Positions 9,956 to 19,588 of a DNA stretch of 64,000 nt are shown in pieces. This stretch comes from Patescibacteria group bacterium (GTDB lineage Bacteria > Patescibacteriota > Minisyncoccia > Moranbacterales > DUUL01). Made by a program: the position numbers and the translations under genes. The notes beneath the pieces are model-generated. The model was not told where the DNA came from, searched no databases, and saw nothing but the letters and a program-made list of their open reading frames with translations. Location: positions 10,201 through 74,200 of the forward strand of contig JAYEIQ010000006.1 in assembly GCA_034660175.1 (NCBI GenBank), given 5' to 3'. Numbering within the stretch: position 1 is the first letter of the stretch; each line of letters starts with the position of its first letter.

Positions 9956-10660
9956 ATGGCGCTTGATTTTTTGACAAACAATAAAAACAAACAGGAGGAT
10001 CACCAAGGGACAAGCATGCAGGAATATCTGAATGTTGCTGAGATAAAGGATGGTGTGGTTGTTGTGAAAGATGGCTCTCTCAGAGTAGTTTTGGCGGTTT
10101 CTTCGGTGAATTTTGATTTGAAGTCTGACACAGAACAAGAAGCAATTATCTTTGGTTATCAAAGATTTCTCAACGCTCTGGATTTTCCGCTCCAGATCTT
10201 GATTAGCACAAGAAAATTCAACATCAAACCTTATATGCAGATGCTTGAGAAAAAGAAAGAAATAGAAAGGAATACGCTCATGAGAGGACAAATAGAAGAT
10301 TATTTGGTTTTTGTGAAGGAATTGGTTAGTGTCTCAAACATAATGTCAAAATTGTTTTATGTTGTAGTTCCTTTTTATGTTGTGGAGTCAAAAAAAGGTG
10401 GATTTTTCAGTAGGTTCACTGCTTCGTTTAAGGCAAGAAAGGTGCTTTATCAAAAAAGAGAAGAATATGAAACCTATAAAAACCAACTTCTTCAAAGGGT
10501 TGATGAGGTCAAGGAGTCTTTGAGCGGAACAGGAATTCGAATGGTTCAGTTGAACACACAAGAGCTTATTGAACTCTATTATAATTATTATAATCCTTCG
10601 GAGTTTGAACACACCTCAATTCCAGCACTTGAATCTCTTGGTGTTGAGGAGATTCGTTAG
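9956..10660 (+). CDS. VirB4/TraC N-terminal domain-like protein, apparently the separated N-domain of VirB4
   Basis: The motif IKDGVVVVKDGSLRVVLAVSSVNFDLKSDTEQEAIIFGYQRFLNALDFPLQILISTRK matches the conserved VirB4/TrbE N-terminal region. Only 25 nt separate it from the ATPase ORF. Confidence 0.5.
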   Translation: MALDFLTNNKNKQEDHQGTSMQEYLNVAEIKDGVVVVKDGSLRVVLAVSSVNFDLKSDTEQEAIIFGYQRFLNALDFPLQILISTRKFNIKPYMQMLEKKKEIERNTLMRGQIEDYLVFVKELVSVSNIMSKLFYVVVPFYVVESKKGGFFSRFTASFKARKVLYQKREEYETYKNQLLQRVDEVKESLSGTGIRMVQLNTQELIELYYNYYNPSEFEHTSIPALESLGVEEIR

Positions 10661-10685
10661 GAATTTTATAGTTAAAGCTTTATAA

Positions 10686-12575
10686 ATGCCAAGTATACTT
10701 TCAAAATTATTACCAAAAAAACAAGAAGAAAAGGCCAAAGAAAGGGCTGAAGGAGTCCAGGAATTTGAGCAATCAAAGGAGGTGCCAGATGACCTTCTTG
10801 AGCAAGAAAAGTTATATCAAGAAGGCCTTGCTCATGTTTTGGATCTTATTTCTCCTTCAGCAATGGGAGTTTCCAGTTCTCATTTGCAAATAGGTGACGT
10901 GTATTGTCGAACATTGTTCGTTGCAGCATATCCACGCTCTCTTAGCATGGGATGGATGAATCCAATAATTGGAATGGATTTGCCTATGGATGTTGCGATG
11001 TATATATATCCTGTTGACACAGGGGCGATTTTGAAAAAGTTGCGCAAGAAGGTTACTCAAATTCAGTCAGAGATGAATATTGAGGCTGAAAAAGGATTAA
11101 CCAGAGATCCTGTTCTTGAAATGGCATATCACAACGTTGAAAAATTGAGAGACCAATTGCAGGAAGGAATTGAGCGTTTCTTCAAGTTTGGTCTCTATTT
11201 CAATGTGTTTGGCAAAACTCAAGAGAGACTTGAAAAGAACTGTGTTATGCTTGAATCCCTGGTTAATGCTCGATCTGTCTACACCAAAAAAGCGATTTTC
11301 AGAATGAAAGAAGGTTTTGTTTCTTGTATTCCTCTGGGAAAGGATAGAATTGGAAACGGAAATGCACTCAACACCTCTCCTTTGTCCACAACATTCCCTT
11401 TTGTTTCTGCTGATGTAACTTCAAACCAAGGAATCCTTTACGGAATCAACAGACACAACAACTCTTTGATTCTTTTTGACCGGTTCACGATGGAAAATGC
11501 AAATATGGTTGTTTTTGCAAAGTCTGGTGCTGGAAAAAGTTATACTGTAAAATTGGAAATTCTTAGATCGATGATGTTGGGAATCAATGCTATTGTAATT
11601 GATCCAGAAAATGAATATAAATACCTCTCAGAAGCTATTGGTGGTTCCTATCTCAATATTTCTTTGAACACAAAACACCATATCAATCCTTTTGATTTGT
11701 CGGAGGAGAAGGATCGATCCATGAAGGAAATTTATCGTTCAAATGTGGCTAACTTGCTTGGCCTCTTGAAGCTTATGCTCGGAAGACTCACACCAGAAGA
11801 AGAGTCTATTTTGGAGCAGGGTATCCGTGAGGCATATGCCGTACGTGATATTACAGAGAACACTTTAATTGAGGATCTTTCTGCTAGGACTGTGCCAGTT
11901 TTGACAGACCTGTATGAAATTCTCAGAAATATGAAGGGTGCGGAAGATCTAACAATAAGACTTGAGAAGTATACTAAAGGTATTTTTTCTGGTTTTTTGA
12001 ATGAGCGATCGAATATCACATTGGACAATCGATTGGTTGTTTTTAACATCAGAGATTTGGAAGAAGAGCTTCGTCCAATTGCTATGTATATGATCTTGAA
12101 TTTCATTTGGCGAGAAGTGAGAATGAATATTAAGAAAAGAATGATTGTTGTTGATGAGGCTTGGCGAATGATGGAACACGAAGACGCGGCTAGGTTTTTG
12201 TTTTCTGTGGCCAAAAGAATAAGAAAATACTATGGTGGACTTTCAACTATAACCCAAGATATTTCGGACTTCATGGCTTCAAAATATGGCAAGCCAATTG
12301 TTTCAAACTCATCAATTCAACTTTTGATGAAGCAGTCTCAGTCTGCGATTGATGTTATTGCAGACACATTTTATTTAACTGACCGAGAAAAGTATTTGCT
12401 CATGGATTGTGGTGTTGGTGAGGGGATCTTTTTTGCTGGATTGAAGCGTGCTGCTATTCAGGTGGTTGCATCATATGGTGAGGACAAAATAATCACAACA
12501 AATCCAGCCCAAAGACTTAAGATCGAGCGTGAGAAAAAAGAAAAAGAAACTGAGGTAGAAATGGAAAAAAAGTAG
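10686..12575 (+). CDS. VirB4/TraC/TrbE-family type IV secretion ATPase, comprising the central and C-terminal ATPase domains
   Basis: Walker A is FAKSGAGKSYTVK, Walker B is MIVVDEAWRMM, and DPENEY is also present. The N-terminal region (IGDVYCRTLFVAAYPRSLSMGWMNPI) is VirB4-like. Confidence 0.75.
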   Translation: MPSILSKLLPKKQEEKAKERAEGVQEFEQSKEVPDDLLEQEKLYQEGLAHVLDLISPSAMGVSSSHLQIGDVYCRTLFVAAYPRSLSMGWMNPIIGMDLPMDVAMYIYPVDTGAILKKLRKKVTQIQSEMNIEAEKGLTRDPVLEMAYHNVEKLRDQLQEGIERFFKFGLYFNVFGKTQERLEKNCVMLESLVNARSVYTKKAIFRMKEGFVSCIPLGKDRIGNGNALNTSPLSTTFPFVSADVTSNQGILYGINRHNNSLILFDRFTMENANMVVFAKSGAGKSYTVKLEILRSMMLGINAIVIDPENEYKYLSEAIGGSYLNISLNTKHHINPFDLSEEKDRSMKEIYRSNVANLLGLLKLMLGRLTPEEESILEQGIREAYAVRDITENTLIEDLSARTVPVLTDLYEILRNMKGAEDLTIRLEKYTKGIFSGFLNERSNITLDNRLVVFNIRDLEEELRPIAMYMILNFIWREVRMNIKKRMIVVDEAWRMMEHEDAARFLFSVAKRIRKYYGGLSTITQDISDFMASKYGKPIVSNSSIQLLMKQSQSAIDVIADTFYLTDREKYLLMDCGVGEGIFFAGLKRAAIQVVASYGEDKIITTNPAQRLKIEREKKEKETEVEMEKK

Positions 12576-12593
12576 TTTTCTAAAAAAACTAAT

Positions 12594-13139
12594 ATGGATC
12601 AGGAGCAAGAATATTATAGTCAACTTGTGCGTAATCGTAATTTGCACAGAATGGAATTTGCGAAAGAGATGGCAAGTGATTTTTCTGCTGAAAAAGAAGC
12701 ACAAAATAAGAAATATGGAAACTACGCAGATACCGCTCGAACAATGCGAAGAGTTGCTGCTGGTTCAAAGATCAGGGCTCCAATTGAAGCTGTGAATCTT
12801 GGTTTCAAATTGAGACACGAATTGAAACAAGGAGAGGGATCCGCTCTCAAGCTTGCTTTATTTTTTGCTACTGTTATTGATTTTATTGACATCATTCCTG
12901 TTGCTGGTTGGTTGGTAACTTTATTTTTTAAGCCTATTTTGTTCATTATGCTTTGGGGTTATGGAACATGGAAATTAAAATTACTCAGAGCTGTTCTTCT
13001 TATGTTTGATTGTATACCTCTTGTGAACAAGATTCCAATGAGCGTTGCCAGTGTTGTTTACACCTATCATGTGATTAATAAAAGAAAAAAGGAGGCTCGA
13101 AAGGAATTGGATGAATTGCAAAAAGTTTTTGATGTTTGA
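12594..13139 (+). CDS. Hypothetical membrane protein
   Basis: A 181-aa ORF with about three transmembrane helices in the C-terminal half. It lies in the T4SS-like cluster. Confidence 0.35.
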   Translation: MDQEQEYYSQLVRNRNLHRMEFAKEMASDFSAEKEAQNKKYGNYADTARTMRRVAAGSKIRAPIEAVNLGFKLRHELKQGEGSALKLALFFATVIDFIDIIPVAGWLVTLFFKPILFIMLWGYGTWKLKLLRAVLLMFDCIPLVNKIPMSVASVVYTYHVINKRKKEARKELDELQKVFDV

Positions 13140-13182
13140 GAAGAGTTGATTTTGAGAAAAGAAAAATTAAAGATATTTTGAA

Positions 13183-13872
13183 ATGTTTATTATTGCAGAT
13201 AAAAAGAAAACAGAATTGCTTTTGGTGCTGATCGGGTTTGTGGTTATCACATTGCTCATTGAGTTTTTTTTGTCGAAGATTGAAACAGATGGGGTTTGGG
13301 AATGGGCCTTATTATCAATGGTGTTTTTCTTGTTCACTCCTCTGTTCATAGTCAAAAAGCTTTGGAAAAAGACTTTCAAGGAATATTTTTTGTCACTTGA
13401 TGTTTCAATAAAAGCAATTGTTATTAGTCTGACTGCTGTGTTGATTTATGTTGCTGTAATGTGGCTTCTTGTGGTACAATTGAATTGGAGAGGGCATTTG
13501 ACTGTTTCAAGGTGGATTCTCGGAAGTACTGGCTTTTTGTTGTTCGTTGACCTTGTTGTCATGCCGTTTGTGATCTTTGCCAGAGAGTTCTTTTTTAGAG
13601 GTTTTATCTTGAAGTCAGCAGTGGGAGTATTGGGAATGGTTGGTGCAATTGTTTTTCAGTCAATTCTTGCCACTGGATATGATGTCTATATAGGTGGATT
13701 TTCTGATTGGGTGGGTGCTTGGCCTCAGATAGTGTTATTACTATTCTTTAATGCCATGCTTGGGTTTGTTGCTTTGGTAAGCAGGTCAATTATTGTTACA
13801 TCAATAATTTCCTGGGCACATTTTTTGTTTGTCGATCTATTTTTTGCATATCAACTATCAAATTTCAGTTAA
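13183..13872 (+). CDS. Polytopic membrane protein with a weak CPBP (CAAX protease) family resemblance
   Basis: At least six transmembrane helices. AREFFFRGFIL resembles CPBP motif 1 (EExxxR...FRG). Later motifs are poor. Confidence 0.3.
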   Translation: MFIIADKKKTELLLVLIGFVVITLLIEFFLSKIETDGVWEWALLSMVFFLFTPLFIVKKLWKKTFKEYFLSLDVSIKAIVISLTAVLIYVAVMWLLVVQLNWRGHLTVSRWILGSTGFLLFVDLVVMPFVIFAREFFFRGFILKSAVGVLGMVGAIVFQSILATGYDVYIGGFSDWVGAWPQIVLLLFFNAMLGFVALVSRSIIVTSIISWAHFLFVDLFFAYQLSNFS

Positions 13873-13900
13873 TTAAACCTGGATTTGAAAAAAACAAACT

Positions 13901-16768
13901 ATGAAAAAAAACAAAAAAACAAAAAACAGTCTATTTACATTTCCTGTTATTTTGATCGGAGCAATTTTTATGTTTTTCGGTTCAATGGCTTTTGCAGCAG
14001 GAGGAGTAGGCGATGGGGGCGCAGGAACTGATGATGAAGAAGAAAGAAGGGAACAGTGTGTGATCACCGCAAGCAAGGGATCTGTTGTGGACCTGAATGC
14101 AGTAGCTGAATGTATGGAAAATCGTTATGGATATGACAAGGACATGTTGCGTCGAGCCAAAAAGAAAGGGATTTCCCCAGAAATTGATATGCATTTTGAC
14201 AAAACGAACCCATCGGAGGGGCAAGAAGTGACCGCAATGGCAATAGGAAAATATTTTAGAAATGACATAGACGATCTTTATTACACTTGGTACATTAGGC
14301 ACACGGATGCTGCCGGGAATTTCACAAATACCTTAAGCGAAGGAAAGCAGGAGGCGATGGGGATTATTGCCAGAGGAAAATACGATCCAAGATTGTTCGG
14401 TGAGGATTATTCGGCGGATACTGACGGCGACGGTGGTTTTGGTCCTTTTGGCGGATATGATGGGGTTGGAGCCAAGGTAGGCTGGGGAACGGGAGAGTAT
14501 GATGACAGTCCCGATGTTTTGTGGGATGTTCCCAAGATGATCGTTGCTAGTAGTGCCATAACTCGTTGTTACGCTCACAATTTTGGAAACAAATTTGGAT
14601 CAGGAGAGGATGGTAATTCGGGAAGGGACATGATCATTCCTTGTGAGCATGAATGGCCAAATTGTGGAGGTCATATAACTGGAGATGGTAACTTTAGTGC
14701 AGATGAGGAAAGATGCTGGAATACTGATCCAACTAATCCAGACACTGATGGTGATGGAATTCGTGACGAGCTGGACATTATGGGTCTCGGTCAGCAAGAA
14801 TTTACCTGGACCTATCGGGCCGGTGATCATGTGGGAGTTGTTATTGAAGGAACTTCTTTGTCGACTATCAATGAAGGGGGTATGAACTTTGATAACTATG
14901 TTGATTGCGAATGGTCAACTCTCGCTTCTTCTGCTGATGGTTCGATATCTTGCGGTGGTTCGGGAACACGAGATGAAGCTTTGGCTGCATGTCGTGATTG
15001 TCTTCAAGATGATCTGGAGACAATAACAGAAGAGACAACAACAGGAACTGAAACATCAACAGGAACCCAAGACCCAGTGACTGGTGCCACGACTGGAACT
15101 ACTGTTGTAGATATCACAACAGAGGGCACTGAAACGACAGACTTAACCGAGCAAAATAATGGAATAGCTGCCTATGATGCCTGCGAAGAGAGTCTACAGA
15201 GACACTGTATACATCTAGATCCAAACGAGTCGGATGAAGATATCCTGGAGCAGCTTGAAGATGATGGTGCTCTTAACATGGATGGAGCTACCAACGCCTA
15301 TTACAAAATTATGTGGGCGCATCTGGATTTCGTTGGAGAAGGAGATAGGGCGGGGTTCGGTTATAAAGAATCAATCTCTATAGATGAAAAGGGCGAAGAA
15401 CTATTGGAGCCAGCAATTGACTACGCTCCAAAGAACCCACAATATGATAGCATTGACTCTTTGAATTCGGATATCATAACCGTTACAGCAGGCGTGAATA
15501 ATGACAATGTTGATGAGGATTTCTTGTACTACAACTGGAGAGTTCGCAAATGTGTTGCAGATGATCTTTTTGAGTGTCCATATGAAATGACAGGAGCGGT
15601 TGAATGGGAATCTTTCAATCAAGGTTTGGGAGTCAAAAAAATCAAGTTTATTCCGACTTCAGATCTTTTTGAGTCTGGAGAAACTAAGGTTTGGTTGAAG
15701 GTGAATGTGGTTGTTTCTCAACACGAGGATTATGTCGGTGGAGCAGAGCTGGATTTGGAGCAAGATTATTTCCCTGTTGGTGCGATTGACGAAGTGATGA
15801 TGACTGTAACACGAAATGACATGAATTTGAGACTTTTCAGGGCTTTTAACAACGGAGGTACATGGACTGTTGGTGATGAAATTTGTGCAGCAGGTGTATA
15901 TCGAGATATTTGTCCCCTGTATCCTTTTGAAGTTGTCGCTGCTAGGGCAGAAACGCCTTCCGCGGAAATGTTTGCCTGGCAACTCAACGATGAGCAATTG
16001 CAACCTCCTCTAGAGTGTTTGATGAGTTCTGGTTGTAATGTCTATGAAGATACTGTTTTCTTTCCAGTTTTTGGATCAGGAAAATCTCTTGGCACAATCT
16101 CTGCCACGGCCAATGGAATTGGAAATACAAATATAATTTCTCAGAGAATATTCTCTATATTTAATCCTGTTGGTGTGCTTGTTTCAGGAAGTGCAAACTT
16201 GACCCCAACGGAAAGATATGATGGAGCTCCCTCAGAATTTGTGTATGAATCTGCAGCAGGAGAAACTGTGTCGTTGTTTGTTGACTCCTTGATTCCAAGT
16301 TATCTAGATTGGTCGGAAGTGAACATTCAGTGGTATATTAATGGGATACAGGCGTATGATGGAATTGCCTTAGTACCTGATTTTGTTGTAACAAATCCAA
16401 GTTTGAATCTTACAGTTAGTCCTGATAGACGAACAATTTCATTCGTGAATGATGGTCTTTGGGGAAAAGGACTTGAAGTAGCCTGCAGAATTGAAAAGTT
16501 GGTTGATAGTGTAGATTTATTGGAAAGAGGTTGGGCAATAAGAGACAGTCACACGCTTGTTCAAGACACAAATGTGAATGTTAAGGTTGCATTTGATGCC
16601 ACGTTTGAGGCAGCTCCAATTGGAAGCAGAACATTGCAAAAATTTCTTGCATCTTCTTTGCATAATGCTCCACAATACTTGATTTTTATTGTTCGACTTG
16701 CTGTTGCAATGGTTTTGGTCTGGAGTATCTTGTTTGGAGTTTCCTATGCAGTGAAGCTAAATGAATAG
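13901..16768 (+). CDS. Large secreted surface protein with a C-terminal membrane anchor, a putative adhesin or pilus-associated protein
   Basis: A 955-aa protein with a signal peptide (MKKNKKTKNSLFTFPVILIGAIFMFFGSMAFA). It has a TSP3-like motif NTDPTNPDTDGDGIRDELD, a Thr/Gly-rich linker and a C-terminal transmembrane segment (AVAMVLVWSILFGV). A pilin gene follows 3 nt later. Confidence 0.5.
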   Translation: MKKNKKTKNSLFTFPVILIGAIFMFFGSMAFAAGGVGDGGAGTDDEEERREQCVITASKGSVVDLNAVAECMENRYGYDKDMLRRAKKKGISPEIDMHFDKTNPSEGQEVTAMAIGKYFRNDIDDLYYTWYIRHTDAAGNFTNTLSEGKQEAMGIIARGKYDPRLFGEDYSADTDGDGGFGPFGGYDGVGAKVGWGTGEYDDSPDVLWDVPKMIVASSAITRCYAHNFGNKFGSGEDGNSGRDMIIPCEHEWPNCGGHITGDGNFSADEERCWNTDPTNPDTDGDGIRDELDIMGLGQQEFTWTYRAGDHVGVVIEGTSLSTINEGGMNFDNYVDCEWSTLASSADGSISCGGSGTRDEALAACRDCLQDDLETITEETTTGTETSTGTQDPVTGATTGTTVVDITTEGTETTDLTEQNNGIAAYDACEESLQRHCIHLDPNESDEDILEQLEDDGALNMDGATNAYYKIMWAHLDFVGEGDRAGFGYKESISIDEKGEELLEPAIDYAPKNPQYDSIDSLNSDIITVTAGVNNDNVDEDFLYYNWRVRKCVADDLFECPYEMTGAVEWESFNQGLGVKKIKFIPTSDLFESGETKVWLKVNVVVSQHEDYVGGAELDLEQDYFPVGAIDEVMMTVTRNDMNLRLFRAFNNGGTWTVGDEICAAGVYRDICPLYPFEVVAARAETPSAEMFAWQLNDEQLQPPLECLMSSGCNVYEDTVFFPVFGSGKSLGTISATANGIGNTNIISQRIFSIFNPVGVLVSGSANLTPTERYDGAPSEFVYESAAGETVSLFVDSLIPSYLDWSEVNIQWYINGIQAYDGIALVPDFVVTNPSLNLTVSPDRRTISFVNDGLWGKGLEVACRIEKLVDSVDLLERGWAIRDSHTLVQDTNVNVKVAFDATFEAAPIGSRTLQKFLASSLHNAPQYLIFIVRLAVAMVLVWSILFGVSYAVKLNE

Positions 16769-16771
16769 CAA

Positions 16772-17188
16772 ATGAAAACAAAAAAAATATATAAATTTGT
16801 ACGCCTAGTTTTTCTGAGCGCTATTTCTGTAATGGCTCCAATGGTTGTTTTTGCTGGGAGTTATGTAACAAGAGAGCCCATCCCTGGTGCTCCAAGAAGA
16901 AATAATTTTATTGAATATCTTGGAGATTTGTATGGGTTTGGAATCGCAGTGGCTGCCATTTTGGCCATATTTATGATTTCTTTTGGTGCATTTGTCTATA
17001 TTGTTAGTTCTGCGGGAAATTCTGCCAAGATGGGAAATGCTAAGGATATGATTTTTAATGCCATTTATGGTCTCATTATTGCCCTTATAGCCTACTTGAT
17101 CCTCTTTGTTGTTAACCCTGATCTTGTTAGAGGAACGATTGATTCCGTTCCTCCTGCTAGAGACTTTATGACTAATAGAGGGCCTTAG
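16772..17188 (+). CDS. VirB2/TrbC-like pilin-family protein
   Basis: A signal peptide plus two transmembrane helices with a conserved core (GAFVYIVSSAGNSAKMGNAKDMIFNAIYGLIIALIAYLIL). The same core is shared with the eight paralogs at 45.9-50.3 kb. Confidence 0.5.
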   Translation: MKTKKIYKFVRLVFLSAISVMAPMVVFAGSYVTREPIPGAPRRNNFIEYLGDLYGFGIAVAAILAIFMISFGAFVYIVSSAGNSAKMGNAKDMIFNAIYGLIIALIAYLILFVVNPDLVRGTIDSVPPARDFMTNRGP

Positions 17189-17229
17189 CAAAAACATAAA
17201 AGTTTTTAGAACAAAATCAAAACATAAAA

Positions 17230-18360
17230 ATGACAAAGAAAATATTTATTGTTTCAGCTATTATTTTCGCAATAGCAATTAGTGCCTTGATTGTTTCCAA
17301 GGTTTTTTTGTCTGAAAAAGGTTCGTCTAGTTTAAGTATTGATAACCCATTTTCAGATGATGAAGATGATGATGAAAAAGAGGTTGAAAGTCCCAGTGAT
17401 GCAGTTATCTCAAAAGTGCTTGACAGAGAGGTGAAGGGTGTGGTTTTGACTGGCTCAAGCCAACTTATGTTCTATAATGATCAAAAAGTTCTTTCAACAA
17501 ATTTTGAAGGAAAAAAACTCAAGTCGTTGGGTGCGTATCCTTTTGTAAAGGTTCGGGATTTTGATTGGCACCCAAAAAATGAAAAAGCCTTAGTCAATGA
17601 TAACGGCAAGTATTATACCTATTTCCTCAAAGACAACTCTGCTCGTGAATTTGCTCTGAATGCCGATGTTGCCAAATGGGATGTTTTTGGTGATAGAGTT
17701 ATATACAAAAAATATGATGTCAATTCATCAAAGAGGATAATAGGAGTTGTAAATTCATCGGGAGAGGAACAGCGAACTTTGGTCGAAGACCTTCCTTTTA
17801 AGAAAGTTGATTTTACGGTGCCTCAAAAAAAGAACTTTTTTTGCTATTTCCCAACATCGGACAGTTTAGTTAGTGGAAATCTCATTTGTGTTGACGTGAA
17901 AAGCAACGAGCAAAAACAGGTCCACGCTGATTCTTTTGGTGCAGACTACTTGCTCTCACCAAATGGAAAGAAAGTGCTTATTTCATCTGCTCAAAAGAGG
18001 GGTGGAAATAAGCTTATTCTTGGGGTGATGAGCTTGAAAGGGGCTGAATTTCAAGGTTTGAATTTTTCCACTTCGGTTAAAAAGTGTGTTTGGGCAAAAG
18101 ATAGTAAGCACATTTTCTGCGGAGCTATAAATGCTATTCCGGGTCAAGCTGTTATGCCAAATGATTGGGAGAACAAGAAATACTATTCTTCAGACACGTT
18201 TTGGAAGATAAATACTGATAATGGAAAACAAACCAGGCTGATCGATCTTGAACAAACACCTGGTCATCTTGATGGAGCTAACTATTTTCTTGATGAAAAA
18301 GAAAAAAACTTGTTTTTCATTGAAAGAAAGTCAGGTCATCTTTACAAGGTCAGTCTCTAA
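17230..18360 (+). CDS. N-terminally membrane-anchored hypothetical protein with an extracytoplasmic domain
   Basis: A 376-aa ORF with a single N-terminal transmembrane segment. No catalytic motif recognised. Confidence 0.4.
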   Translation: MTKKIFIVSAIIFAIAISALIVSKVFLSEKGSSSLSIDNPFSDDEDDDEKEVESPSDAVISKVLDREVKGVVLTGSSQLMFYNDQKVLSTNFEGKKLKSLGAYPFVKVRDFDWHPKNEKALVNDNGKYYTYFLKDNSAREFALNADVAKWDVFGDRVIYKKYDVNSSKRIIGVVNSSGEEQRTLVEDLPFKKVDFTVPQKKNFFCYFPTSDSLVSGNLICVDVKSNEQKQVHADSFGADYLLSPNGKKVLISSAQKRGGNKLILGVMSLKGAEFQGLNFSTSVKKCVWAKDSKHIFCGAINAIPGQAVMPNDWENKKYYSSDTFWKINTDNGKQTRLIDLEQTPGHLDGANYFLDEKEKNLFFIERKSGHLYKVSL

Positions 18361-19588
18361 TTGTCTGCTTTGTCATCGTAAGATGGCTCAAGAAAAACCA
18401 AAAGAGCACAGCAAGATCATTTTTCCAAAAAGGAACATCGATCATTCCGTGGAATAGAAAGTAAATCAAAATAACAAGTGAAATCGCAACTGACGAGGAT
18501 GCGATTTTTGTTTTAGTTGAGGTGAATGCTTTGAAGTTCAAGAAGAGAATTGCTATTACTGATGCAAGGCCTCCCTCAATCCACAGGTGCAAAAGCATGT
18601 TGTGAGCATGGGGGATTGCCCATTGAGGATATGGAGGAAAGTGAGGTTGATAGTTTAGATATGATATTTGAAAGTTGTTGCTGCCTATGCCAAGAAGTAT
18701 ATGATCAATAAGAATCATTTTACTTGATAGGTATACAGCAATTCTTGAATCAAGGGATGTTGCAGGAACTGATGGTGAGTATTGAATTATTTCCAAGAAA
18801 AGTTCTAGATTAACAATGGTGAACAAAAACAAAAGATTAAAGAAAAGCAGAAATAATGCTAGTCTTTTCGCAGCATAAAAATTAATTTTTAAAAGAAAAT
18901 AGAAAAATAAGGAAACAATGAGTCCGATCCAGGCTCCCATGGAATCAGTTTTAATTAAAGAAAAAAGATTGGCTGCAAGTAATAGTGTGAGAGTTGTTTT
19001 GAATAGCGAGGGGTATTGATTGAAAAACTTGTTCTGCTTTGTTGTTGTCTTGAGCAGGTTAATTCCCAAAAGAATAGCAACTACAAGGAGTGATGCAAAA
19101 AAGTTAGGTGACTCATAAATAAAGTCCAAACGATTATCGAAAGTGAGTCTGTTTGTGATGACAAAAAAATATCCGAAAATACCTTGAAAACTGATGCTAA
19201 CAAAAAGAATCCATTGGATTTTCACAAAAGAAAGAACTCCCTTTTTTGACAGGTTGGCAGCAACGATGCCAAAGAGTATGGGCAATACGACAAAACTTTT
19301 GAGTGTTCCAAGACTGCTAGACCAAGAAGATTTTTCTGCGTTGAACAAAAAAGAAAAGAGGAAAGACAAAAGAAAGGTTGATACAGATATAAAAAAAAGC
19401 TTATTTTTACTTAAGAATATCCCTAGTTCTTTTCTGGAAAAAGCTGATATAGACTTTATAGAGCCGAAAAGAATACAAACAAAAAGAAGAATATCTAAAA
19501 AATTAACACTTCCAATTGATCCAATGGGAAATCTGAAAAAATAGGAAGGTAAAATCAGGAAAGTTAGATAAAAAAGGCTATTCATCAT
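18350..19588 (-). CDS. Wzy_C/O-antigen ligase (WaaL/PglL-like) family membrane protein
   Basis: At least ten transmembrane helices. The C-terminal loop carries AIPHAHNMLLHLWIEGGLAS, matching the H-x-HN...E-x-G motif of the O-antigen ligase / O-oligosaccharyltransferase family. Confidence 0.6.
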   Translation of the reverse strand: MMNSLFYLTFLILPSYFFRFPIGSIGSVNFLDILLFVCILFGSIKSISAFSRKELGIFLSKNKLFFISVSTFLLSFLFSFLFNAEKSSWSSSLGTLKSFVVLPILFGIVAANLSKKGVLSFVKIQWILFVSISFQGIFGYFFVITNRLTFDNRLDFIYESPNFFASLLVVAILLGINLLKTTTKQNKFFNQYPSLFKTTLTLLLAANLFSLIKTDSMGAWIGLIVSLFFYFLLKINFYAAKRLALFLLFFNLLFLFTIVNLELFLEIIQYSPSVPATSLDSRIAVYLSSKMILIDHILLGIGSNNFQISYLNYQPHFPPYPQWAIPHAHNMLLHLWIEGGLASVIAILFLNFKAFTSTKTKIASSSVAISLVILIYFLFHGMIDVPFWKNDLAVLFWFFLSHLTMTKQTIRD

